Shown: one piece after another, positions 11,831-24,700 of the stretch | How the letters are laid out: the number at the start of each line of letters is the position of its first letter | How positions within the stretch are numbered: the stretch's first letter is position 1 | Source of the DNA: Albugo candida | Lineage: Eukaryota | DNA length: 64,000 nt | Assembly (NCBI GenBank): GCA_040437565.1 | Contig: JBDOQK010000002.1 | Location: 806,001-870,000, forward strand | Direction of reading: 5' to 3' | Translations under genes and position numbers: made by a program | The notes under the pieces: model-generated | What the model was told of the DNA's origin: nothing | Database searches by the model: none | What the model saw: only the letters and a program-made list of their open reading frames with translations

Positions 11831-14539
11831 CTATAAACGAGGCCGCTTTTGATGGGGCAACACGTCCTCCGTATCCCCCTCCATAGACCTTGGCCGACGT
11901 CTTGATGTCTCTCTAGACACAGTAGAGGTTTGCTCGCTTGTTTCGTTCTCGGGATGCAGCCATCGAAACAGGGATGAAATCGTGAATTCTACAATTTTTC
12001 GTTCCAATCCAAAGTGAACGAGCAGCTCGATAAAGACTCCGCGAATCTCACATAAATTCTCATTGACCACAAATTGACGAAGATGAGCAATCCATCTTCG
12101 AGACATTGTATGAATAAAGTCGATACATGTTTGCCCAAATACGCTCACTCGAGTGACCGACAGCGAACGTACGATAAAGTCGATCATTTCTGGTGAGAAA
12201 GAACCGAATGGTCGAATGAGCTCTTCCACAAAATCACCGCTATCTTCATTCAGACGAAAACGCGCTGAAATTGGTTCCGGTATGCTTGCTTGACGAAGCT
12301 GCTGTCGTATCTGTTCCAAAAGCGATTCACACCATGAATGATTCATCCCACGTAATAATGGTGGCATATCCAGACCGCTTTGAATCCCTTCACCAATTCG
12401 CACGATCATCTCATGAACACTGGAGGGATCACCATTTAGCAGCCCGTAGAGCGCAGATACTGAGATGCCACTGAATAATCGCTTGAGAAAATCGGCGAAA
12501 TTCCAGATCCTGGTTACATTCACAGGTGTGTTCTCAGACGTCGTGGAATTGTTCTCAGTATTGGGTTCTGGAGGTGGTAAGCGCAAAGTGGGAAGAACAT
12601 TTGCCGTTGAAGCTCGAGTTGCTGCATTGTGTTCAAGCGCGTCCGGACTGATCAAATCACCAATCCAAGCAATTGGCCCTGATGAATGTATCCGATGACT
12701 TGCAGCAAATGTCGATAATGCAGTAACAGAAGTATAAGGAGTAAAGCCAGTAGAAGCGGCTGAATAGGTGGAGTGACCGTCGATAATACTACGCAAGCCA
12801 GCACTTATTTGTGCGGATGTCGCTGCATCTACTGCCAAGTAACGCGATCGACGAGAACTGCTTCTACTCGCTCGTCCTCTCGCATTTTCCGATCGACGAC
12901 TATGTAAATTTCTGCTTGTACCTCGAACTGCGGCTGAGTCAAATGTTGCTGGCAGCCTGGTTGGTGAACCACTTGACGAACTGATACCTCGCGATGGAGA
13001 GTTGAGAAACATCAATTGGGCCATTCGACAGAGTGTACGTGTGCTATCTCCGATACTTTCAAGAGTGCGGATCGCACGCATTGTTGATATCACAATACGG
13101 GGATCATCCGAGCGAGATCGCAACGTGTCAATTGCTACTGGCAACATATTCAGTCGAGCTTCAAATGCATTAAATAGACTCCGTAGACGTTCAAGACGAT
13201 TTTGGAGAAACGTGATATTTGAGTACGGCGGAGACGAACAGCTCAGATCACGATGTTCCATACTGCCAAACCCATACGCTACAATATGAATTAGAAAATT
13301 CTAAGTAGACAATTGATTTACTCAGCTTACCTGCATTCTCAAGATTGGAGGAGACCATATCGAGTTGATGANNNNNNNNNNNNNNNNNNNNNNNNNNNNN
13401 NNNNNNNNNNNNNNNNNNNNNNNNNNNNNNNNNNNNNNNNNNNNNNNNNNNNNNNNNNNNNNNNNNNNNNNAGACTCCGTAGACGTTCAAGACGATTTTG
13501 GAGAAACGTGATATTTGAGTACGGCGGAGACGAACAGTTCAGATCACGATGTTCCATACTGCCAAACCCATACGCTACAATATGAATTAGAAAATTCTAA
13601 TTAGACAATTGATTTACTCAGCTTACCTGCATTCTCAAGATTGGAGGAGACCATATCGAGTTGATGATCTGCATGAGATTGTAATCTAGCGATCGACGAG
13701 TCACCTGAAACACGTCAACTGAATACTCACTAAGCACGGGATTTAAAAAATTTACACCGACCTGTCTCCTCCATATGGGGATCTGATGCTATAGCCATTG
13801 TGATCGTCCCTGAAGACGGATCCCCCGAATTTAGTTGAGGGTTCGATTCAGTTCCGCTTGCTGTATTTCCACTTGTACGAGTGGAAGCATCTTGGAACGG
13901 AATGATCATCGATGCCAACATCGATCTTAAAAATGGCACATCAACGTTTGAACCCGTTGGTACTGCAATTGTTCCCATCAAAATACGATTCTGTCCTTGA
14001 CCTAGCTGATCCTGATCTGCAGCATTTGTCGGATTCTCTTCATGATGCAATCCCGATGTATCTGTATGAAGAGCTTCTCGCTGAGTGTCTTGCCCGACTG
14101 TGGAAGTTGCTGTTCTTTCGGCTCGTACAACCAAATGAAGCACGTGACCGTCTTCCAATGCGTATGACGATATTTTCTTCTCATTTTTGAGAACCTTACC
14201 TCGGAAGATTAATCGCTGTCGACTGGTTCCAACGCCCGTTCGAGTCGCAATTTGTTCCTTAATTTGTGCGACAAATGCGTCATTAAGGCACTGAATTTGA
14301 TGTGTCTGATGATCCAAAGTGCGAACTTTAAGTGATATCATGCAGTTGGGTGCATTATCGTTCAGATTTGAGGTAGAAAAGTGAGGTGAGGCCGTCGGCT
14401 CGATTAAGTCTGTCTCCGCGATTGGCCCAACATGCATTGATCGTAAGAGGTTAGATGGCGCTGAGGATGAGACTATTATTATATCTGCACTTTCCTGAGA
14501 AGATGTGCTTCCAGTGGCTCCTGTAGCCATCAAATCCAT
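11831..14539 (-). CDS. BAG6/BAT3-like protein with N-terminal ubiquitin-like domain
   Basis: UBL domain ISLKVRTLD...QRLIFRGKVLKNEKKISSYALEDGHVLHLV, a low-complexity Ser-rich middle, a helical C-terminal region and a terminal KRPRL NLS. ATG at 14539; spans gap 13372-13471. Confidence 0.75.
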
Positions 14540-14757
14540 CGATAAAATCGCCGAATCGTTATGAACTTGGAAATTCAAGAGTATCTGCTGCAATAATATA
14601 CACCCCACACTCACTGTACTTTGCAATATCTAACAGCATGAAAAATCGCAATGTGTATGCGCTTATTAATAGAAATAGAATTCGCGTTTTACGTTGTTTT
14701 TCGAGTGGTTTCTGAGCGTAACTCGAAAACTTGAGCTTTGACATACTACAGCGTGCG

Positions 14758-17700
14758 ATGGAATCGAAGTTAGTTGCCGAATCATTATCCAATGTAAACG
14801 TATGCATACGCATTCGTCCACCCACCTTTCGTGAGAAGCACCAGCTGCTGAAAAGCTGCATTCGCCTATCCAATCCTCATAAGCAAAGTATCGACTTGAA
14901 ATTATCTTCGGAGCCTTCCTACACACAGATTACCGTGGGGAAAGATCGGACCTTTACATTCGATACGATTCTGGGCGCTCAAAGTACTCAGCAAGTGAGT
15001 CGCCCATTGTATGCTGTTTCACTCGCTGATATTCGATTGTTGAGAAGGATGTGTACTCTTGCGTCCAGCCGCTTGTCAAAAGCTTTCTCGAAGTAGTCCT
15101 GCAAGAATCATACAATGTGTCAGCTGTTCTTACTTGCTGTTCTATCAGGGATACAATGCTACTGTCCTGGCGTACGGTCAAACAGGAACGGGAAAGACCT
15201 TTACAATGGCTGGGGCAGGATCCAGTGCACCTGAAAGTAGCTCACTCACAGCCCAGCACGGCATTATTCCTCGTGTAGGTAGCTCTTAACGTATGCTTTG
15301 ATTTGAATTCTTTCGATTGAGCTTTTATACTCTCAGATCATCCATCGCGTCTTCGATACGATGCATGCCAAAAGCCCAGGCATCGAGTTTCGTCTGGCTG
15401 TGGAATACATAGAAATATATAATGAAGAATTGCGTGATCTCTTGCACCCTGATACCGCTCCCAAGGTACTTCTCATGGCTACATGCAACCAAACGGCTTC
15501 AGGAGCGCTTCTTGTTTCTTAGTTTGCATTTGTATGCTTAGCAAATCAACATTCGCGAAGACGTGGATGGGAAGATCGTTGTAGCTGGCGTCAAGTCGGA
15601 ACATGTGGCAACAAAAGAGGATGTACTTCGGTATTTTTTGATCGGGAGTGCGTCTCGATCCACAGGAAGCACGCTAATGAACGACCAGTCTAGTCGTTCA
15701 CACGCGATATTTAGCTTGATTTTACATCAACGTCAAAGCAAAAGTAGAGAGTGTAAAGCTTCCAAGTTTCATCTCGTTGATTTGGCTGGATCTGAGCGTG
15801 CAAAACGTACTGGAGCCGTCGCCAATCGGCTTAAAGAGCTCGTCTGTATCAATCAAGGTTTACTTGCGTTGGGTAATGTGATCAGTGCGCTGGGCGATGA
15901 GAGAAAGTTCCGGGTACAATCTCAAGGAATCCACGTTGTCACTGGGCACATTCCGTATCGTGATTCAAAACTCACTCGAATGCTACAAGATAGTCTCGGA
16001 GGTAATTCAAAAACACTTATGATTGCATGTGTCAGCCCATCAGCTCGCAATTTCGAGGAGACTTTAAACACACTTAAATATGCAAATCGAGCAAAGAACA
16101 TTCGCAATCGACCAATTCTCAATCAGGAGTCTTTACATCACAGTCTTTTGGACACCCACGAAGATGTCACGAAGATGAAAGATGAGATCGCAGGCTTGCA
16201 ATTGAAACTCAAACATGCTACAAATGATTCCGTCTCGACCCGGCGACCTGATAATACCAAAAGCCAAAAGGAAGCTTCCACTAGATGGAAGATAAAGTAC
16301 AAACAGCTCAATGATGGTTATCATTGTGCGTTGGAAAGTATTGAAAGTATGCGCTCGTATTCTGTTGAGGCTGCGACAGCTTTGGTATCGATGGAGAAAT
16401 ACATTATGCCTTTGGGAAGGGCGGTACAAAAAAGTCTGAACGAGGTCGTAATGCTAATGAATAGCGCCATCCAAGTCGCAAATATAACAACACGCGGAGC
16501 ATTACCCTCAGTGGAGAGCTCTACAGATCAAACGGAAAAGGAAGTCACTACTTTGGTCACTGCGTCGATTGACCGAGAAAGCTTTGAACGAATAAAAAAA
16601 GAGCTTCATACCGCCAAATCGGATCTACAGCGTGACGAACAGATTTTTGAATTGAAAAATGAGGAGATTAAAAAATTACAAGAAAAGCTGAACGACACCA
16701 ACACAGCTAACAAAGCTTTGGGAGAACGTATTCAAAAGCTGGAGCAAAGCGGTCAGCTTTGGGTGAATCCAAAATTCAGGGACCCGAACGACGACAATAC
16801 ACAACTCAATGCTCGTAGTTGCAATCTCATTGATAGCGACGCAATAAGTAGCACGAATCGTTCCAATAATTGTTCATCACGAGGTCTTTTCTCAGCTCGA
16901 GTCGGTTCCAGTTCTAGCTCCGTTAGCGAGGAAGATCGCGTTTTGACGGGTCAGGAAGCTCATGTGGATATCCAAGAACTGAATTTTGCAGCACGTGCTT
17001 CGACAGCTCGAAAGTATATCAAATCTTCTCCGGGTTTTGGCACCATTGTGCTCAAGTCATCAGCAAATTTGCATGAAAAAGTGTTGGAATTGGAAGTATC
17101 AAATCAGCGGCTACGAACTAAACTGAATAACTTGCAAGCTCAACAAGACAAATTTCTTCGAGAACAAGAGGAGACAACTAGAGGATGGCAGCTTGAGCAA
17201 GAGCATTTGTCTGAGCATGCTAGGGAAGCTGATCGGATGCTTCATGCAGTTCGTATTGAGAATGCTGCATTGCGAAGCATGCGGAGCAGCGCCACTCTGA
17301 CCGATAGTCGCTCAAGATTGGATAAGAATGCACAAAGTCGAGAGCTTGCTTCCAACCCAGCGCATGCAGAGGCGCATATTGACAGTGGTGAACACAGAGA
17401 AGTTAGCACTCAGGATGACAAGCTCGAAGGACAACCAGAGGAGTCGGCGATCTTGGAGCTATATGATACTTGTTTGGAGCAGTTGATGATTCTACAGTTG
17501 GCAAAGAACGATGTTTTGTCGTTGCTCAAAGAGAAGAAGAAAACAGAAGGACACAAACAGCTAGCTTCAAGCCGTAAGAGCGCTTTGGAATTGCAGAATC
17601 TACGTAAAAGTCTTGTTTTAAGGCAAAGCATCACTGAGCTGGGTGCGTTCGTTTGTAATATACAGGAACAAATCCAAGTGGAACATCGAAGTCTGGAAGA

Positions 17701-18694
17701 GATTGCTCGTTTAACAAAGCTCAAGGCTCGTGCAGAGCGCAAATTAGAGCAACTGAAGCTACAAGAGCAGGGAAATAACTTTTTGAATGAATTGGAGAGG
17801 CAAGAACTAGGAGATCTTGAGGAATTGATCGATGATTTAAGCTCTCATATTGCGTTCCAAGACGCTGAACTAAGTAATGCCCGAAAAGCGTTGGCTGACA
17901 TGGAGAATGAAGCAAACGCTCAAGATGTCAAAACTATTGAAGCGATGGTGGTTGCGCTTTGCACAAAGCTCGGCGCGCATCAAAACAAAGCGATAGCGAC
18001 ATTCATTCGACGAAGCTTGGAGGATATTTTACATCTCCGAATGAAATTGAATTCCAGCGTCAATCAGAATAAGACATTGGCACAAGCAGTTCGAGAACGG
18101 GATACGGTGATCGATCAGCTTGATAATGGCTTGCAAGCTGCACGCAAAGAATTTGATCGACGCCTAGAGTTACAAATGGAAGAGATTCACGCACTGAAAT
18201 TTCAAATTTCAGCTTCTGAAGAGAAAATGAAGCAAGTACGTTCAAGTCGGGGAGCTTCCATATCAAGTGATTCAATAGTGCCTTTCGATACGAAAGATAA
18301 AGATGCTTACATCGCGGATTTGGAAAATCATGTCGTGTTCTTCAAGATAAAGGCAAAGGAATTGCAGGATCAGCTGCGTGCATGGATTCAGACTGGCACA
18401 AGTACGCTCTCTTCGAAAAGCGTAACGCTATCCGAGTCGAACCACAGCCACTTCGATGAGGACGATGTACGGGAAGAGAGGCACGAACGATATTTGAAGC
18501 GAATCAATCAATTGGAACAAGTGAATGAGGGTTTGATGAAGGATTTGGCCACTGCCAGAATTCTTTTGCAAAGTCGGTCGATTCCTGCTTCAGATTCTGT
18601 CACAAGTTTGAGCAAAGTTGCACCAGTGATTCGTGTGATGCGAAGCGAATTGCGGGAAATCAAACCGCGACCACACAGCCAACCGTGTGCATAG
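14758..18694 (+). CDS. Kinesin-4 family motor (KIF4/KIF7/KIF27-like) with long coiled-coil tail
   Basis: [85 protein letters not shown]; four short introns before 15542. Confidence 0.92.
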
Positions 18695-18947
18695 TGCGTC
18701 GCTGCTACTAATAGGCGCAACTGATTGTACAAGTATGTTTTCTTCGGTATCAAATAGTTCCGTTCTTTCAACCATGGAACCGAGTGTTTACGCAGAGATG
18801 ATTGCACATTGTCCTGAATAGTCAATATCCATCCATTTCCATTGTTTATAATCACAAGGCAGTGCCTCGATACTATTTTAGCACAACAGGTGCAACTATC
18901 ACAAAATGCCTTCTCTGACTGCCAACCTTTTGATTGTTAGAATACTG

Positions 18948-20153
18948 TCATGACATTGATTCGAATAGATCCCTATCCTTTTTGGCCTCCCGATTGTGAA
19001 ACTTTTTCAAGCATCTTGTCCTAATTCGAGGAAGCTTTTGACGTAAAGCTATCCATTCCTCGTCCACAATTGCGACAAACGCTTTTATGTCATTCAATCC
19101 ATTGGTGCATTTCTTCAGCACTTCAAAAATCTCATGGTACTTGATTTTTCGACTCATCACAGCATCCTGGTTCATTCGTAGTATGGCGATTGCAATCGCA
19201 TAAATAACGTCAGCTCCCTCTGCCATGATTATGTCCAGAATACGACATGTTGTCTCTGGTGGAAAATCGGTACAAAATAAAGGAAGAAACCAATTTCTCG
19301 TGATCATGAATCCAACATGGGTCGCACCAATTGATCTGAAGTGTTCTGACATTGCGGGTAGACGTTTCTGCATGCTATCCTCAATAATGAGACCGCTGAT
19401 CTGAAGCCCTTCAACACCGGCTTGATAGTGATCATTGAAAAAATCACAGCAAATAATCTTCAGCAGTGAGAAAGCCGTCATTTCAACTTGATTAGCGCAC
19501 ACAATTGCGTTTTCGGCGGAATCTTGCGCCGCTGATGCTTCGTAAGTAATGGACAATAAACGTCCAGCAATATGAGCCATTGCCGACATATAGCTGTTAC
19601 TATTGGGGTACGTCGAATAAGCGATGAGGACTCGTTCTAACGAAACTTGACCATTTTCAGTGTTCACCCAGGAATCGTCGCCTGGAAATCGTTGCTGCGA
19701 GTCATTCAAAATCTGATCCCTGGTTTTCTGATAAATTTTCGCTTCTGCTTTCGTTCTGATAGATGGAAAATAAAAAGCGCTGAGCGGTTCACACTCATCT
19801 TCACCTACACATGCGGTGGATTTGCTCATCATGATGAAGTTGTTGTAAGGAAACTCTGTAAGCCTTCTTGACTCATGACCGCGTGCTAGAGTGCGCTCTT
19901 TTGCATTGAGCATGTTCCGCGCTGAGCCAATATACGCTTCCACGCGCTCCATTCCTGAAAGTCCGCTCTCTTTCCATCCCCCCATATTCAATCGTGTATA
20001 GGTCGAGTCTGGAATAATTTTCCTTCTTGCTTTGGTATCGATCGCGTCGCTAATATCGGATGATCCACCGTAACAAGACATCACCAAATGCTCCGCCTTG
20101 CCAAAAAATCGCTTGAAAGATTTTTGCATGTCAAAGAAAACTCGTGCATTCAT
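18948..20153 (-). CDS. Rab-GAP TBC-domain protein, probably catalytically degenerate, single exon
   Basis: LERVLIAYS, AFSLL, LPAMSEHF, NWFLPLFCTDFPPETTCRILDIIMAEG..IYAIAIAIL are typical TBC segments. Confidence 0.8.
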   Translation of the reverse strand: MNARVFFDMQKSFKRFFGKAEHLVMSCYGGSSDISDAIDTKARRKIIPDSTYTRLNMGGWKESGLSGMERVEAYIGSARNMLNAKERTLARGHESRRLTEFPYNNFIMMSKSTACVGEDECEPLSAFYFPSIRTKAEAKIYQKTRDQILNDSQQRFPGDDSWVNTENGQVSLERVLIAYSTYPNSNSYMSAMAHIAGRLLSITYEASAAQDSAENAIVCANQVEMTAFSLLKIICCDFFNDHYQAGVEGLQISGLIIEDSMQKRLPAMSEHFRSIGATHVGFMITRNWFLPLFCTDFPPETTCRILDIIMAEGADVIYAIAIAILRMNQDAVMSRKIKYHEIFEVLKKCTNGLNDIKAFVAIVDEEWIALRQKLPRIRTRCLKKFHNREAKKDRDLFESMS

Positions 20154-20504
20154 CTTTCTGTTTGAAAGTGATCATGCACGAATCAACAGATTTTGTGAAA
20201 GTAGCGGATTTGTCGAATTCCATCACATGGCGTCAGAGACTTGCAAGACTTGAAAGGTTTCGACACGTCCTTTAGAAAGAGCTGTTCGTTCCATCCGCCT
20301 CCCTCACATTTCATTAGCAGAAAAATGGAAGCAGGAAAGTGATCGTGCAGCTAGCGTCCTTTCTCGAAAGATGTCTCGCGTTGATATTCCTTTGCAAAAA
20401 TTATATATTCAACGATTTTATTCGTTTTTTTCGAATGAGTCTTCATCACTTTGAAAGGGTGGTCACAATTCCTTGATAGTGCAAACGGAAGAGCACTGTA
20501 GGAT

Positions 20505-21525
20505 ATGAACGATGCGTTTGTGTCCATGACTGCGATCATTCTAGCAATATGCGCATTTGCATTGGTGTTCTACTGTGTGGCGCAAATATCTTGGTATTAC
20601 ATGGAAACGTATCGTAACTTTTCGATTCAAGAGCAAAAAGATTGGTGTGCGCGGTATGTGAGACCAATTTTATTGTTATTATAATGGATCTTGATACCTC
20701 AATATTTGAAGAATCAATTCTACGTTGCATGCTTGCCTTATCGTTCCGTGTATGCTTTTTGCATTTTTCCATCAACGATGGGACGCAGAGTACATGCCGC
20801 TGAGAAGCACACGAATCTCAAACATATTTTTCGCTATAAGTATAGCGCTCGAAACTTTCCAATTTTCATTTTGATCATTCTTTTTGTCACTTAGGTTGCG
20901 GATACTTTATCTTTGATTTGAGTATATTACTTCGATGGAAAATGACTTTATGGAAAGTCTTTGTAGCACATCATCTTATTGCAATGTATGCAAGACCAAA
21001 CATAGAGGCACAAAATCTGAAAAATATGGTTGTATCCATAGGTTTCCATATTTGGTCTACTTGTTCTCGAACAACTGCGACATAGATTTGTACTTGCTCA
21101 CCTTGTTTCTCTTGGTTGAATTTGCCGTTGTACCGCTGAACATCACCACAATTTTAGAGAAACTCAGTTATGAAGGGTCTATGCTGCATACGTGCAGCTT
21201 CTATGCAACTTATACGGCTTGGTTTTTATCTCGCGTGCTGCTCCCATCATACAATATGTACATACTCTGGGACGTCGTGCTATTAGGAAGAAGAGAAGTC
21301 AACTTTTGCATCCTACCGGCGGCAGTATGTGGTCATCTGATTTCAGCATTTTGCATTGGTGTTTTTTTCTTCGTATGGACACCGGAAGTTATAAAAAAAT
21401 GCAGAAAGAGTGCACGTGGTCCGAATGCAATGGTGCATCTTAGTGAGTCACCCAAAGTGCTATCTGCCAGCGAACTATCGAGCTATGGAACTATACCCGA
21501 AGCTCTGGATAAGATCCTCGTATGA
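20505..21525 (+). CDS. TLC (TRAM/LAG1/CLN8) domain membrane protein, TMEM56-like, 4 exons
   Basis: Spliced translation MNDAFVSMTAIILAIC...KDWCAR|INSTLHA...S|CGYFIFD...VFVAHHLIA|MFPY...VEFAVVPLN...WFLSRV gives the TLC motifs. Only the last exon appears in the ORF track. Confidence 0.78.
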
Positions 21526-21752
21526 TCCTAGAATCCATTCACTGAATGACATCATGACCAATCCAATCGTTAGTCGAAACGACACAATTCGTTCACCGTC
21601 TTTTATCTTAATATTACAATGTCAATAGAATGATACACCTTGTGCATAGAGTGTTTTTTCATTCATCGCAACTTAGGACAATTTACATCGTCTTTCCTCC
21701 GCGATGTTGGCATCAAAAACCCTGCTCAGATAATCGCTTCACTCTGAGTTTG

Positions 21753-24700
21753 ATGAAATACCTCACTAATGAGATTCCCGATTGCTGGGTGCATGCAATT
21801 ACCTCTCCTCTTCTGCATGCAGTTAAAAACAAAAGTCTCGCAGAATTTTAAAGCGGTGCGTCTGTTCCTGTTCGGTCATCACCACACTCCAATTTTGCAA
21901 TTCTTATCCAACGATGCAGCATGACTGGATCAATAGTCGATACAGCGAGAAGCGACATGAAAAACTTCGGTCACTCTGCACACAATTAGCACTCGATGGA
22001 ATTCTGGTCATAGGAGGTATCGATAGTCTCTACTCGAACACTTCGCAGGCTTTACTCAAATATCTTTTCCTCGAGACATGTGGTCGTGAGCTACTTGGAA
22101 CGCAAATGATACCAGAGTCATATGAGCAGATAGAAAATGTCGTTTTGTTTATCACTCCGAGCCAAACTTTTATCTATTACATGATAAAAAGTGACTCAGA
22201 CAATACGATATTGCGTACCATATCGCAATGGCAGCACGTGGTAGAGTACGTCGTAAGAGAGTGCATGGATACCGAGGAGCAAGAGGGTAGAAAAATATTT
22301 GGTTTTAGGCACATGCTTCACTCTATGGATGACAAGAAGCGCCGTATTGGCATACCATTTGAATCGAATTGTAATGATACTGTTCACGCGATTGAGAAAT
22401 GGCCACTGATACAGTCGTTTGCTCAAGAAAATATTGATGTCGGACAGCAAGAGAAAGGATTCTTCACCAGATACTTTGATGTGATCGATATATGCTCGCA
22501 TATCTACAAGCTATTTTCCCTAGTGGATGATCATCATGCCAATAATGTTTACCGAAATGTGGAGCCACTACTTTATCACCAGTTCAGTCAGCTCATTATT
22601 AAGCTTGATGGATCGGTGGGCGGAGAAGCAATGTCGGAAGCTGCAATGGCCGAGGATTTGCTGGTCTTTTACGAATTCGGAAGCTTGAATAATACTGACT
22701 ATGAGTTACCAAAGGATCGAGGATGTCGGGTACTATTTGGTAGTCGTTCCGGTGATCTACACTCAAAAAGCTCTCCTGATGTATACCTTGATACGGTGGG
22801 GCCAGATAAAGACATTCCGGCTACACATTTCGTAGTTGAAATCGAAGATCCATCGTCAGGTGTTCGATTCTGCCGTACTTATTTTGCGTCTACTGGGAAA
22901 ACCTGTCAACGACTTGATCACTCAAAGCTCATGTCAGGTTCTCGTAGCTCTTTCATAAATAATTGCATCAAGGAAGCGCAATCCAACACGTCATTATTGA
23001 TTTTCTACTATCATATGCTTGTACAAGCTTATGAGGCAGGATGCAAGTCGTTTTTAAAGTCTTTGAAGGCTATGTCTCCCATTTCTCAATGTCACCTGGA
23101 CGCCAAAGATGCGGCANNNNNNNNNNNNNNNNNNNNNNNNNNNNNNNNNNNNNNNNNNNNNNNNNNNNNNNNNNNNNNNNNNNNNNNNNNNNNNNNNNNN
23201 NNNNNNNNNNNNNNNNCCAATTTTGCAATTCTTATCCAACGATGCAGCATGACTGGATCAATAGTCGATACAGCGAGAAGCGACATGAAAAACTTCGGTC
23301 ACTCTGCACACAATTAGCACTCGATGGAATTCTGGTCATAGGAGGTATCGATAGTCTCTACTCGAACACTTCGCAGGCTTTACTCAAATATCTTTTCCTC
23401 GAGACATGTGGTCGTGAGCTACTTGGAACGCAAATGATACCAGAGTCATATGAGCAGATAGAAAATGTCGTTTTGTTTATCACTCCGAGCCAAACTTTTA
23501 TCTATTACATGATAAAAAGTGACTCAGACAATACGATATTGCGTACCATATCGCAATGGCAGCACGTGGTAGAGTACGTCGTAAGAGAGTGCATGGATAC
23601 CGAGGAGCAAGAGGGTAGAAAAATATTTGGTTTTAGGCACATGCTTCACTCTATGGATGACAAGAAGCGCCGTATTGGCATACCATTTGAATCGAATTGT
23701 AATGATACTGTTCACGCGATTGAGAAATGGCCACTGATACAGTCGTTTGCTCAAGAAAATATTGATGTCGGACAGCAAGAGAAAGGATTCTTCACCAGAT
23801 ACTTTGATGTGATCGATATATGCTCGCATATCTACAAGCTATTTTCCCTAGTGGATGATCATCATGCCAATAATGTTTACCGAAATGTGGAGCCACTACT
23901 TTATCACCAGTTCAGTCAGCTCATTATTAAGCTTGATGGATCGGTGGGCGGAGAAGCAATGTCGGAAGCTGCAATGGCCGAGGATTTGCTGGTCTTTTAC
24001 GAATTCGGAAGCTTGAATAATACTGACTATGAGTTACCAAAGGATCGAGGATGTCGGGTACTATTTGGTAGTCGTTCCGGTGATCTACACTCAAAAAGCT
24101 CTCCTGATGTATACCTTGATACGGTGGGGCCAGATAAAGACATTCCGGCTACACATTTCGTAGTTGAAATCGAAGATCCATCGTCAGGTGTTCGATTCTG
24201 CCGTACTTATTTTGCGTCTACTGGGAAAACCTGTCAACGACTTGATCACTCAAAGCTCATGTCAGGTTCTCGTAGCTCTTTCATAAATAATTGCATCAAG
24301 GAAGCGCAATCCAACACGTCATTATTGATTTTCTACTATCATATGCTTGTACAAGCTTATGAGGCAGGATGCAAGTCGTTTTTAAAGTCTTTGAAGGCTA
24401 TGTCTCCCATTTCTCAATGTCACCTGGACGCCAAAGATGCGGCATTCAAGGTGATGCGCCTTAATAAATCAGATATTCCAATGCCGATCCAAGAAATCTT
24501 GGAGTATCAGCTAGTGTGGAACGTATACGGTCTGGACGCGAACGGGAAGAGCAGAGAGATCGAGGAAATAAGGGTAAATTCAGAGTGGATCATGCTCTAT
24601 CTCTCCTTAGGACTTCATCATATTCCAAGGTATGATTCCCGGAGTATATGAATGGCTAAAATATTAATCTATTCTCCTTTTAGCTGTCAAGAAACGAAAT

